A stretch of 61,938 bases of DNA, counting the filler, from Collodictyon triciliatum (Eukaryota), in the NCBI GenBank assembly GCA_043381765.1. It is 6 parts of 6 records of this genome, joined end to end, with 100 filler letters (N's around TTAATTAATTAA, not from the genome) between each part and the next. Parts side by side here need not be neighbours in the genome. Positions count along the whole stretch, not along the records: positions 11,139 to 22,171 come from JBHJMP010002498.1; positions 22,272 to 33,303 come from JBHJMP010002499.1; 4 more parts are not named here. One strand, given 5' to 3'. A program made the position numbers and the translations under genes. Position 1 is the first letter of the stretch; each line of letters begins with the position of its first letter. The notes beneath the pieces are model-generated. The model ran no database searches and had not been told where the DNA came from. It was given only the letters and a program-made list of their open reading frames with translations. This document shows, piece by piece, positions 13,990-27,174 of the stretch.

Positions 13990-15746
13990 ATGGAGTCCAG
14001 TCAGCCAGGATCTAAACGCAACAGAGAAGAATATTCCCAAGGTAGATTTTTTTATGCTGAGCCCGCATTGTGCTAAGAACACACAACCCAGACCACAAAC
14101 CTTTTTTCTTCACTTCCTTGAAGCATTTAGTGGCTATATTCCGGAGCTTGAGTTAAGTCTTTTAAATTATATTCTCTTTTCAAACTTAATTATTTTTTCG
14201 TGCTAATAGATCTTGAGGTAGAGCAGAATATTCCGGCCAAGCGCAAAGCAACAGACGAGCTGTCTGCCCACGCCGAAGTAGCCCTGGCTCAGGTGCAGCA
14301 ATATGTCGAAAACGAGCTGTAAGAATCTACCTTCAATCTCTTAATCTAATCACGCCTCCACCCGCTCGATAAAAATGTCCCTACGTCTGACTATTTTTTT
14401 TCTTTTCCTTCAGGCCCGAGGAATTCACCCCACAGCAGAAGGAACGACTGACTGAACTCTGTCACTCCGTTATTTTTCATCGTGCCTCTTACAAGCAGAT
14501 CCAACACCGGAACTTTGTGTACACCCAGGTGGAGTCAAAATACTCATTGCCACCCTTCACATTTTCCTACACATGCTCTTCTCAGAGTGGCGACGATCGA
14601 GTGTATGACATCGTGGCCCAATTCACTGTCGAGAAAAATCCTGAGGGCGGTAGTTCAGGGTCTGCACCAACCGTCCTGCTCCACGTCAACGTCGGCGATA
14701 ATAGTGAAGCTGAGTCGAATGACTCGGCTGTATTCAAAGAAGCTGACTTTGAAGTTGTGTTGGCGAGCCTTGGTCTTGATCCGCGCACACCTGGATCTGC
14801 CTTGTATTATATGAATTTTCTCCTATGCTTTGTAGAGCCCAATAGCATCGGCTATGCCTCCTCTCTTCAAGTGGCCGACCTGATCTTCGGGTTGAGCTCT
14901 ACCTCCAGCGAATCCGTCTCCTATGCCGAGGAGTCAGCAGCGATCTGCGACGACGCGACCAGCTACGCGGAGCAGACAGACGAAGCGCCCCCTGAGGTCC
15001 CTGCAGCTATGCAAGCTTCAGGAGAGCCCTCAGCACAGGCCGCTAGCCGAGACGCTGATGTCCACGAGGAGTTTGACGAGGCCATGGATCAAGATCAGGC
15101 AGAGGCTAACGTTGGTCCCAGCGAAGCAGAGCCAGAAACAAAAGATGCTGAACTCTCCGAGATTGATCCAGAGCCTGAAAGCGAGCAGCAGCAGCTTGAA
15201 GATAGCCGGATATCTGCTGACGTCGATTATGATGAAAACATTGACCCTGAAGCGAATGACACCGCTGACGTGGCAGTCGAAGAGGATCCTAACGAGAAGT
15301 ATGTTGATGATGAAACGCAAGCTGCAAACGGTTCCTTGGACGGCGAGTACTGTGAGGGAGAAGAACAGTATGAAGTGAACCAAGGTGCCGAAGAGCAGAT
15401 CGAAGACACAGATGAGCAAGAACATAATGAAGAAGAGTACGCCACCGACGGGGCATATGTACAAGATACCAGTCTCGGTGATGAAAACGAAGAGGATGAT
15501 GAACCCATCACCCAAGTATACGAGGCACAGGATAATGAAGGCATTCCTGAGCCGAGTGATGTTGCTCATGATGAAACTTGTGATGAAGAACCGTCGGATT
15601 ACTACGATGGGGATGGGGACGAGTTCCAAGAAACAAACAATCCCAACAACGAAGAGTATCTAGAGAAGGGGGACCTTGATCAAGGATGCTCAGATACTAA
15701 TGTTGAAGTTGACTTTGAGGTCCCTGATGACTCAGAACATAATTAA
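13990..15746 (+). CDS. hypothetical protein with a long Asp/Glu-rich C-terminal region, 3 exons
   Basis: MESSQPGSKRNREEYSQ (donor ~14042) joins DLEVEQNIPAKRKATDE...VENEL (donor ~14319), which joins PEEFTPQQKERL... continuous with ORF 14517..15746. Splice phases are consistent. Confidence 0.7.
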
Positions 15747-16879
15747 GGGATATGGAGAGCGATACAAATGTCACTTTTTCTCTTTGGATTTATTTTTTTA
15801 TTCTTTTATTTTCAAAACACAACAACAAAAAAAACAAAAAGGAGGATTACAGGAGAACCACGCACTCCATTTTTCACTAATGTCTTGTACGAGTAGTTTT
15901 TTTTCCCACTCGGCTGAGTTTTACTTTCATTGTATTATGTGGATTAGAGTGGACATTTAGCAAATTCTGGTTTATATCAAGAAAAGATGGTTGTGCCATC
16001 GCAGGGAAGTTTTCAATACATTTGATTGGGTCTGTCAGGATTGTTTTTAATGTGTGATTAATAATTTCCGTGTGTATTTCTCTCTTTTTTTTCCTCTGGC
16101 CACCATGCGTCAAATTGAGGGGTTGAATTGTTACATTGACACATCGAATCCTTTGATTCTCTTGTGGCTTGTCAAAACCATCACTCGCTCCCGCCAAGAA
16201 AACAAACAAAACGCACAAATCCTTCACGATGCACTACTCTTTGGCAACAGGCAGCCTTTCGAAATCACTTGAAAGAGGTCAAGCCTTTGTCCCAGCCACG
16301 CACATTCTCATGCCAATCACGAATCAAACAATCTACACCATCATATCACACCGTATCACAATCGGCTTGGTGACTATGTGTAACAACGAAAGAGACATGA
16401 AGGCCCACACACAAACGCCCCGAGACATAGTGCCCTTATAGTTGCACAGAAAAACACTCGGAATCCCGCTTGTGTCTATACTAACCCTCCATAGCAGGTT
16501 TGCAGCAGCCCGGCCGGCCGATCAGCGCCCTAAATCACTCCAAATCACATCCCATCAGGGACTTTCCTCTTGGTAAGTCTCGGCCGCATTATCATCATCA
16601 TCATCATCATCACCCATCTCACCACACCATCGCACAGCCCAAATCTTTTCTCTACCGCTTTCCACCCTCGCATCCCCACGCATCCACAAATGGAAGGGAT
16701 GTGTGGTCTCTTCGCTTTCTTGCCCCGATCGTCCATTCCTCTGTACGCCCACAATTCTTCCTCACCTTCGCTTTCAACTCCTGCGAGGCCAAACGCGCCC
16801 CCAACATAATAAACACAAGACAAATACGCGACAGAAAGACCGAAGCCAAGTACACTTGCAGGATCCCCCAATTGCCGCG

Positions 16880-19800
16880 ATGGTCAAGAAGCGTGTTCGT
16901 GATATTAAGCGCCGAACAGAGGAGCTTGAAGAAACAGGTTTGGTGCCCCTCCCAAAGCAACCTTGTGATGCTCCTGTTTCACTTTACTCGTAGAGAAAAC
17001 ATTTGCATTTATTATCATCACCATTGTTATTGCATAAACTCTGTCTTGAAGGCGCCATAAAGTTCTTACTCACAACCTTTTCTTCGCCGATGAAGCCCGC
17101 GTAATCCAGCAGAACAACGGCCGCCTGCCCAAACGGGCCGCAAAGCGTCCGGCTGCTGCCATAGATGAGTTTGCCTCACAAGCCAGCTTCATCAAGGTAC
17201 GCGACACGGATGAGGAAGACAAGGAATCTGCTGGAGCCAGCACACCCTCGTCGAAGAAGCAAGCCCTCACCATAAGGACAAAAAGAAGCACAAGGAGGGC
17301 TGATAGCTCAGAACCCCCTGTAATAGACCACGAAGATGAAGGGGAAATCGACTTTGAGAGCCTGCAGAAGGCTGTGATTGAGCAGCAGAATGCGCTCCAG
17401 TATGAGTCTGAGGACGATGGAGATGAACAAGACAATGCTCAGGAGGAGAACGCAGTTGTTTCGGTTCCTGCTAAAAACGCTGAAAAGCAAAGCATTCAGC
17501 GAGACTTTACTATTGACTCAGCCACCCTGGCGAAAACCACAGCCAAGGCCAGGAATTTTGCCTCATCTCCAGCAGCTCGGGTATCTTTTCTGTGATTTTC
17601 GTTCTCGACATCCTTTGGTTCACACATTGATTATGATTCTGTTGATTTCACTGTCTTTTTCATGTTATAGACTATTTTTGTTGTTTGTCCTGTGTACACC
17701 TTAGCATAATCTAATTTCTAGGAATCTATATATATATGTGTGTCATGAATAGAAAGAAAGTCAAATTATCTACTTGGGTCACATCCCCCACGGTTTCTTT
17801 GAGACTCAAATGAAGGAATTCTTCTCACAGTTTGGACGGGTCAAAAACTGTCGTTTGTTTCGCAATACCAAGGTCACATGATGTTTTCTTTTCCTTAGCC
17901 ATCGTTTTCGTTTCTGGTGTCTGCACCTATAATGCCATTCCGCTCCCTCTGGAAAATACATTCATAAATATATTTATTGCTACTAGACTGGTCACTCTCG
18001 CCAGTTCGCTTTTATTCAATTCCAACATGCCGATATTGCAAAGATTGTAGCCGAAACCATGAATGGCTACATTATGTTTGGTCGTACCCTTCGCTGCCAG
18101 GTTCTCCTTTTCGCTTTTCATCTTGTTATGTAGTACCTTATTTATTGATGCAATACCTCTATCCCATACAAAAAAGAAATAGTTATCATTCCCCTCAATA
18201 AATGAGGGTCCTCAAATTCTCGAATCAACTAGGTATAGTTGATCATATGGATAAAGAAAATTAACTTGGCTATTTTTTTTATTTTTTTTTTATAATTCTC
18301 CACAAGGTCATACCTCGTAGCGAGAACAGCATGCCCTTATGGACCCGACCTAGCAGAAAATTGCTTTATCGATACACACGGCCAAAATTCATTGATAAAC
18401 ATAATTCCGTAAACCACTTCCTTCTAGATATGATTTTATTATTCGATTTCCGCTTACATCATGAGGGGTGAATTCAGATGGCACCGCAGTTCGATCATGA
18501 AGCTGACTTATTCATGATGAATAGATCAAGACAAAAACAAGCATTGAGAAGAGGCTTAGATCCATTACAAATAAGCTCAACCAAAAGAAAAAAAAGCTTG
18601 CGGAGCTTGGAATTAGCTATGAGCTCCCAGTAATATTCCCTTAAATTCCTGATATAAAAGACCAATCTATTGGACAACACAATTGACCCTTTTCCACATT
18701 CCATATGCAGTAAAATTATACTTGATATTAACATTACATCCCTTCTGAATGAACAGCCTATTATCAAAGCGAAGGGAGATGCACAACCAGAGATGGAAGA
18801 TGCTACAGACACCGCTAAAAAAGAAGCATTCAAAATTCAAAAAGCAGAGAGAGCTGAAAGCAAGAGGGCTATCAAGGCGGGAGTAAACATGGGAATCAGA
18901 GCAAAGTCTGTAGAGAACATAACAGACGGGTCCAAGGTTGAGTCCACAAAGCTTGAAGAAAAAAAAGAGGAGTCCAATGTCGAGAAAAAGGCTGAAGAAG
19001 TAAAAAAGCCCGAAGCCAAGGCAGAAGAGTCCAAGGCCGAGAAGAAAGCTGAAGAGGTGAAGAAACCTGCAGGCAAGCAGGCTGCAAAGACTGGAGAGGT
19101 CAAGAAACCTGCAGGCAAGCAGGCTGCAAAGACCGGAGATGTCAAGAAGCCCGAAGCCAAGGCAGAAGAACCCAGTGCCGAACCCAATATTGAGAAAAAG
19201 GCTGAAGAAGTAAAAAAGCCCGAAGCCAAGGCAGAAGAGTCCAATGTCGAGAAAAAAGCTGAAGAGGTGAAGAAACCCGCAGGCAAGCAGACTGCAAAGA
19301 TCGAAGATGTCAAGAAACCCGAAGCCAAGGCAGAAGAACCCAGTGCCGAACCCAAGATTGAGAAAAAGGCTGAAGAAGTAAAAAAGCCCGAAACCAAGGC
19401 AGAAGAGTCCAGTGTCGAGAAAAAAGCTGAAGAGGTGAAGAAACCCGCAGGCAAGCAGACTGCAAAGACCGGAGATGTCAAGAAACCCGTAGCCAAGACA
19501 GAAGAACCCAGTGCCGAACCCAAGATTGAGAAAAAGGCTGAAGAAGTAAAGAAGCCCGAAACCAAGGCAGAGGAGTCCAGTGTCGAGAAAAAAGCTGAAG
19601 AGGTGAAGAAACCCGCAGGCAAGCAGGCTGCAAAGACCGGAGATGTCAAGAAGCCCGAAGCCAAGACAGAAGAACCCAGTGCCGAACCCAAGATTGAGAA
19701 AAAGGCTGAAGAAGTAAAGAAGCCCGAAACCAAGGCAGAAGAGTCCAAGGCCGAGAAGAAAGCTGAAGAGGTCAAGAAACCTGCAGGCAAGCAGGCTGCA

Positions 19801-20232
19801 AAGACTGGAGAGGTCAAGAAACCCGAAGCCAAGGCAGAAGAACCCAGTGTCGAGAAAAAAGCTGAAGAGGTGAAGAAACCCGCAGGCAAGCAGGCTACAA
19901 AGACTGAAGAAGTAAAGAAGCCCGAAGCCAAGGCAGAAGAGTCCAGTGTCGAGAAAAAAGCTGAAGAGGTGAAGAAACCTGCAGGCAAGAAGCCTGAAGA
20001 GTCCAAGAAGCGTGAAGCCAAGACAGATGAGCCCAAGGCTGAGAAGAAAGGGGAAGAAGTGGAGAAAGCGGAAGGCAAGGCAGGTTCAGCAAGAGAGGCC
20101 AAGAAGCCCAAAGTCAAGACAGATAGGGAAGAGCCTCCAGCAGAGAAGAAGGCGGCATCACAGCCGGAGACGCCCAAAGCCGCCGACAAGGGCACAGGCA
20201 AAGGCAAAGGCAAAGGCACAGGCAAGAAGTGA
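16880..20232 (+). CDS. NIFK: NIFK/Nop15 nucleolar RRM protein with a long Lys/Glu/Ala/Pro repeat C-terminal extension
   Basis: Exons give IIYLGHIPHGFFETQMKEFFSQFGRVKNCRLFRNTK|TGHSRQFAFIQFQHADIAKIVAETMNGYIMFGRTLRCQ and ...KKKKLAELGISYELP, which are Nop15/NIFK hallmarks. The last intron (GTAATA...AACAG) joins in frame to ORF 18670..20232. Confidence 0.88.
18970..19990 (+). repeat. coding tandem repeat with a 168-nt (56-aa) higher-order unit
   Basis: CCCAGTGCCGAACCC recurs at 19171, 19339, 19507 and 19675. Confidence 0.9.
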
Positions 20233-20432
20233 GCGCGTGCCGGGAAGGCGGCTTCTGCCCTGCATCCCCGTCCGTCTCTGCCGGCGTTGCACGTCCCCAT
20301 CCTCGTTTCCTCTGCGACATCGAAGGCATATGGAAATGGACAAGAAAGAGTCAGACACCGAAGCCATCCCCTTCTCTGGCCCTCTCTTTTCCAACACATA
20401 CTCTCCTTCTTTTTCTTCCTCTCCCTTCCTTC

Positions 20433-20498
<66 letters not shown>
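20433..20498. repeat. (TTTC)n microsatellite
   Basis: Directly visible. Confidence 0.95.
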
Positions 20499-20652
20499 CG
20501 GATAAAACACGCTCTGCGCAATGGTCGAGTTAAAACAGAGCTTTTATGCGGAAGGACGAGGGACGCGTGTGTGTGCAGCCAAAGATTTGTGTGGATGTGT
20601 GAGTGAGTGAGTGAGTGAGTGAGAGGGAGGGTTTGCAGCACGCTTTGTTTTC

Positions 20653-21160
20653 TCACGAGACGCTCTTCTTGGACGCGAAGATCTGGTGGCGGAGGATTCC
20701 GCGCAGAGGCGAGAAAAGGATCATTAACAACAAGTATCGCTATTCCTCCACATACCAATTATTGGTCTGATCGTGATAAAGAAAAGAAAGGTCGAATAAA
20801 GAGACAAAAGCAAATGGTGCAAGCGAATATCATCCCATGCATATGAGCAGAGAAAGGCAGAGAAGGAAGGGTGTTTTGCAAGATGACCAGGATTTCTCTT
20901 CGCTTTTCTTTTCTATGGCAGAGTCTCTCGCAAAGCGGGGTGGCTGCGAAGACGACTCATGGGGCGTGTTTGTGTGGCACTTGCGGCTGATTGTGGCACA
21001 TACCTTTCTCAGGAGAGAGTCGTCCAGGGCCGAGTCGTGCGCATTGGACGGCATCGTCTGTTTGAAGCGCTTCAGTCTCGACTTCTTGACCAAAGACAGA
21101 ACCTCTCTTCTCTTCTTCTCCCTTTGGTCTGACTCCCTGTCTGCCTGTTCGCTGCCGCCA

Positions 21161-21195
<35 letters not shown>

Positions 21196-21816
21196 ACCAT
21201 CGTCGTTATCATAGTCATCGTCGTTCTGAGCTGGATGCGAGTTTGCTTCTTCTTGCTCCTCTTCTAACCGTCTCTGAATGTTGTGCAGTGACGTGTTTTT
21301 GTTTAGAAGATTCTCCGTTGTTTAGTGTGGAACTTGGTTGTGAGTGGTGCGGTACGTATGCCTTCATTTACCTTTATTACCTTTCTTTTTTTTAATTGCT
21401 TTTTGGGTTGTTTTTTATACTATCTTATTTTTAATATATATTACTTTAATTGCCAAGCAAATCTGACAAAATAGTCACATTCTTTTCATTGTAGTGTAAC
21501 TTGTGATTGATTTGTTCATTGAATATTGGATACATGAGAAGTTGTATAGATTGAAAAGGTTTTATGGGAAGACGTGAATATTTTCTTCACATAAATAAAT
21601 AAATTGTTATGGCCATTTACCTTGTCGTGATATTCTTTTTTTTGTGCCTGGTGGACTTTCGACAGGTAAAAGTCGTTCTCTTTCTTTGCTTGAGAGAATT
21701 CTTGAACGAGTTTTTGATTGTATGATGACCTATCGGCAGCTGGAAAGAGAGAAACAAGGATATTAAATCTAAATCTAAATCTTAAAATCGCAAACAATAA
21801 AATCTCATTACAACAG

Positions 21817-21876
<60 letters not shown>

Positions 21877-22012
21877 CGTTTGCAATCATATGCATCTATA
21901 TGCATGCTAGGGATATTCTTACCAATTTTTTCGGTAAGGTGATACCACTTGAACTTGGAGAGGTATTTTATGTTCCATATATCTTCATAGTAGAGTGATT
22001 TCTTCGAGCCTC
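20653..22012 (-). CDS. ESF2: ESF2/ABT1 pre-rRNA processing protein, 3' exons (5' part lost at the contig end)
   Basis: GGSKKSLYYEDIWNIKYLSKFKWYHLTEKI|AADRSSYNQKLVQEFSQAKKENDFYLSKV matches the Esf2/ABT1 'DxWNIKYLxxFKWxxLTE' motif. The last exon IFASKKSVS* is inferred. Confidence 0.88.
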
Positions 22013-22074
22013 CTGATTAAAGCATTTGGGAAATTATGTTAAACTTTGTGCGTGGCATAGTTACGCACCATTCA

Positions 22075-22171
<97 letters not shown>
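22075..22171. repeat. (AAT)n microsatellite at the contig end
   Basis: Directly visible. Confidence 0.95.
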
Positions 22172-22271
22172 NNNNNNNNNNNNNNNNNNNNNNNNNNNNN
22201 NNNNNNNNNNNNNNNTTAATTAATTAANNNNNNNNNNNNNNNNNNNNNNNNNNNNNNNNNNNNNNNNNNNN
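22172..22271. other. artificial contig spacer
   Basis: N44-TTAATTAATTAA-N44. Confidence 0.99.
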
Positions 22272-22376
<105 letters not shown>

Positions 22377-22491
22377 ATATAAGTTATACCATAAAACTAC
22401 AGGATATATTGCAATCTAATACACAACAGCACCATTTTGCAGCAGGAAAAAGAAAAAGTATTAGCGCATATCAGCTGATTGCACAATCGCC

Positions 22492-25400
22492 CTACTTATT
22501 TCTTTTCATATGATATATTTTCCCCTCTCCTTTCGCATCTACATTTATACGTACGCGTTCATGTGGTGTGCGGCTCCGACTGCTCGCAGAGTAATTCAAC
22601 GCATGAGAGAAGGGAGCTCTTTGTGGAGTCATTGTCCCTTGTTGCCGGTACATCGACGGATTAAGCTTGAGGGCCACATACCCTCTGTCTGTTTCTGTTG
22701 GAGTCGCGCTTCGTCCACGGTAGTAGCTATTGTGCCTGTCCAAGGAGCGCGGTTCATGGTGCTCGTGAACTGGGGTTCTGAGTGGATCGGGCTTTGTTTG
22801 GAGTGGCGGGTGGGGCGGCTGGTAAATGATAGCCTTTGAATCCTGCCGGTAGTGGGGGACAGATAAAGTTGTTTCTGCCGTGTTGGGATGAATGGGAATA
22901 AGGCGGGTGGGCGGGGTGAGTTCAGGATGCTGATGGCGTGGGTTGGACGGAGTCAGCTCGGCATCCTGTTTGGCGTGTGATTGTGCCTGGTATAGCGGCT
23001 TGGGGATGTTTGCAGGTTCAATGGCACAGGGGTCATTCTGGTCGGATTCAGTGCGCGATGACGTGAAGACAGAGGTTGGATGTGGGCGCAGGTGAGACTC
23101 TGTCATGTGTTTCTCGCGTCGACTGAACTTTAGCTGATTGTGTGCGATCATCTTGGAGGGTGACTTTGTAAGAATGATGGACTCATTAACAGGCTGCAAT
23201 AGTTGCTGTTGAAGGCGGTCTTTGTTCCCTTCCGACTGGGATGAATCTTTCGTGTCGTGGGGCGTGGTTGACAGAGGGAGGTTACCTTGCTGGTTGGTTG
23301 TGTCACTCGCGTACGGTTCGGTAGGTGTAACAACAGTCGGAACTATGTTTATCCTGAGCTGGCGAGTCCCTGGGTGACCCGTGAGAATGTACTGATTTTT
23401 CTTGCTGGCAGTTTCGGCGAGAGCAACATCTTGATGCAATCGCCCAGCATTAGAGTCTCCAGAGACCGCGGGGTTCTCAAATCCTTGTAGAGCCGTCTGC
23501 AGCTGTTGCTGCTCCACTGCACTATCAGCGCTCGAGTCAGCGGATATGGCAGACAAGCCGTCTTCGACTCCAATCTGGCCATGCCTGGGGTGGGCGGGGA
23601 GATTGTGATGAGGCGGATCTACGACAGAAACATGGACTGGCACGGATTCGGTATGACTCGGTGATATTGTAGAGATGGAATAGTCCTGTGACGCAGCTAT
23701 TGGTGTAGGGAATAGATTGAGGTATGCATGAGGGCCCGTTGCTTGAGCACCAGCTCCGCCGATGGTTGCAGAATGCAAGTGGCTGGGGCTGATAGGTGCC
23801 TGGGCCTGGGCCAGACCCCGAGGTGATGCTTGAGTATGTGAATATGTGTGGGTCTCGGAGTACTGATGAGGCGGATAGATTATTGAGGGGTGGTGATATT
23901 GGATTGGACTTCCTAGAGCCTCCTGGACTGCGATGCTGACGGGCGGACGCAGAGCCAGATGTGTAGGCTGTGAGTTATATTGCAGAGGCTGAGGTATGGG
24001 CGGGTGGTAGAATGCCTGATGTGTAATCTGTTGCTGCGGTTGCACAACAGGGATAGATGGATATAGAGAGCCTGTATAAACAGTGCTTGGTGTTGAGGGA
24101 GCGTTCGCTGGGACTATGGCCGAAGATGCTCCTCTGGATTTAGGAGTGAAGAAAGGAGCCACGGCATAAGTTGTTGTCTGAGGACCACTTATAATATTGC
24201 GGTACTCTACCTCCTCTTGTTTTGAAACGAGGAGTTCTTGAAATGGGATTGGCCTATGGCTTACCATTCGCAGCATCTTTCTCGATTCTTCCTTTTCCAC
24301 GCCACACACAAACCACCGGTGTCTAGCTACTTGAGGCAGTTTGATACGATTATCAACATCTACTTGAAAAAATCCGTCGATCAGGGAGAGAATGGCGGGT
24401 GTTGTGTTGGACATGGTGCTATACTTTCCGGAGAGAATAGACTCTGTCAGGATTTCTGGTGTTTCGTCGGGAAAAGGGAATGTACCATCAAGGATAGTAT
24501 ATAAGATAACACCCAACGCCCAAACGTCTGCAGGCCTCCCATAATAAGGCTCGCCGAGTAATATTTCTGGTGCTGCATAGTTCAGTGAGCCGCAGTAGTT
24601 GGATAGTTTTGTCTCAGACAGGTATGAATGACTTAATCCAAAGTCTGCTAGTTTAATTTGCAAATCTGAGGTAATCAAAATATTATCAAGCTTCAAGTCG
24701 CGATGCACAACATGATTAGTGTGACAGTATTGAACGGCATAGACAATTTGCCGAAAAATCTGCTGTGCTATGTCCGCGCGGCATCCGTTCTATACAGTAT
24801 GATTATTATCGTTGTTATTATTAAGATATATTATAATGGGTTTCATAAAAAGAAAAAGAAAAAGAAAAAGAAAAAGAAAAAGAAAAAGAAAAAGAAAAAG
24901 AAATAGAAAAAGAAAAAGAAAAGGGGAATTCTATTTGAACCACCATGGGATATTAAAATCCACGAATTAAAAAAAAAATTGCGAAAAATTAAATATGGTT
25001 TGTAATAACTCCAGTAATTCTCATTTTGCGTTTCTTGATTTGAAATTGATGATTAAATACTAGTGCTTTCTTCTGAAGAAATTCTAGCAAGTCCCCGCCA
25101 TTTGCATACTCAAGAACAAAGAATATATACTTCTTGTGCTCCAGTCGTTCAATAAACTGCACAATATTTGGATGTTGCATATTTTGCAGAACACGACATT
25201 CCTACATGTCATGTCTGTTAGTTTATTACTAATGTAAGGACTGATACTAATACTATTACTAATGCTGATTCTGATTCTGATACTGATACTAATGGTATTA
25301 TTACAACTATTACAGTTATCATTAGCTAGAGATGTACCTGTTCCATTTGCACTTCGACCTCTGCATCTACATCTGCTCGTTTGTATATTTTGACGGCTGC

Positions 25401-26052
25401 CAAATTCTTTTTCTTGAGGTTCTTGGCTAATTTGACTTTGGTAAATGAACCGTATCCGAGAAGTGGTCCTGTACAAAGATAATGTCATATTTCCTTCAAT
25501 TAGTAAATCAATTATTCAAAAAGCCGCAAAAAAAAAAAAAGAAGAAAGAGGCAAAACAAAACAAGCTAGAACAAGCATCGGTTCACTGATGTATTCACAT
25601 ACAAACTTCAGGCACAAGCAAAGAAGAAAATGTATAATTCAAACCAATCTCATAGTCTCCAATCTTTTTGTGCCCACGAAAAATAAATCCGTGGGGAAAC
25701 TTATCGTACGTATATCTGGGTGAAAGCATGACAAGAGTGATACCTCGATATTCTCCAAGTGTGTTGTTTCTTCCTGTTCTAATTGAAATGATTCAGTCAC
25801 CGATAAATTGAGTTGTTACATGGTTTAGCATAAACAAACACAAAGTTGCTATCGCGAGGACGACCAGACTGTAACAAGGTTGCTTTGTCTTCACATCATC
25901 AAAAAAGTATGACTATGGGTGAATAAGCGAATTATATATAAGACCGGTGATTGAAGAATAGAATATAATTTGATTGCATCAGTGGTAGCTATGAAAAAAA
26001 AAAAAGAAAACAATCATACAGCCAAACAATCAAATGACAAAGCAACATAAAA

Positions 26053-26111
<59 letters not shown>

Positions 26112-26518
26112 AATAAGAACCCAAACGAGCACTACAATCCGGGATTGAATCAGAGAAAAAAAAAGAGCAATGACAAGAAACAACATACATACTTACTTTT
26201 CAAAAAAAGATAGAAATAAAAGATGTCATACCGACCCCAGGAGGCCCGGATGAAGTGCAATATTTCCCCTTACTTTAGAGAAATAAAAATAAAAATAAAA
26301 ATAAAAATAAAAATAAAAATAAAAATAAAAATAAAAATAAAAATAAAAATAAAAATAAAAATAAAAATAAAAATAAAAATACATGCTGGAGGCAAATGTA
26401 AGGGCAGGGTTGTTATCTCCTCCCGCAGCGACTTGCGGCAATGGGGGGTGACAGGAACACCACCAGCCCAAGGCGAACGGTGGCGAATGTCTTTGTCATT
26501 TCCAACGTGTCTCTCCAT
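22492..26518 (-). CDS. CAMK-group AMPK/SNF1/MARK-related Ser/Thr kinase with a long low-complexity tail (start codon uncertain)
   Basis: Spliced reading: KKIGDYEIG|PLLGYGSFTKVKLA...AAVKIY...|ECRVLQNMQHPNIVQF...LEYANGGDLLEF...|VVHRDLKLDNIL...DFG...YCGSLNYAAPE...DVWALGVILY. Small upstream exons at ~25744-25772, ~26233-26269 and ~26383-26518 join in phase. Confidence 0.9.
26281..26381. repeat. (AAAAAT)n microsatellite in a kinase intron
   Basis: Directly visible. Other kinase-intron repeats are (AAAAAG)n at 24846-24922 and (AAAT)n at ~26050-26112. Confidence 0.95.
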
Positions 26519-27174
26519 GCCTTTGAACCCGTTTAGTTGAATCCATTCGTTCATGCCATATTTCTTTTTTTTTTCTTCATCTTTTTTTCTATTCTTCCTA
26601 TTCATTTCGCTCCCGTGGAAATTGTGGCTGTTGGAAATCTCAGCAACCCTTTCGGGTGCAGGGCGCAATGCGACGGGACTTGCAATTGGCAGATTTAGAT
26701 CCACCGGCTTTGGTGTTTGCCCTTCGCACACAAACGAGTTCTCTCCTTGACGGCTATCTTGTTAAGATGTTATGGAGCTGTGATAATGAGGATGAAGACC
26801 AAATCGTTAAAAAATGTGAAAACAAAACGGTCTCTCTCTCTCTCTCTTTTTTTCTTTCTTATGTCAGTATTGTTTCTTTCAAGGTCCAGGGATGTACTAT
26901 CGGCACGGGGCTACGGGGGATAGGGCTCGTACCACATCAACATCGTCTCGTTATGCGTAGAACCACGAGACAGGTAAGCCGGATATAGGAACAAATGGAC
27001 AAGATTCACTTTAATTTTAAGATATTAGAGGTTAAAAAAAGTTAATACCCTGGTTAGACCTAATGTGGTGCCATATAAATCCCTGTTTTACTTTGCCATA
27101 CAAGAAAACATATATATTGGTTTCGGTTAGAAAAAGTATGATGATACATTTCTATATCAAATCTCGTTAATATT

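Noticed and set aside
18837-20510. 557-aa antisense ORF opposite the NIFK tail
   Set aside because: It is the antisense shadow of a repetitive coding exon and begins in a (GAAA)n microsatellite.
26760-26990. Possible small plus-strand exons between the kinase and cyclase genes
   Set aside because: Splice-like signals are present, but there is no recognisable product or convincing terminal exon.
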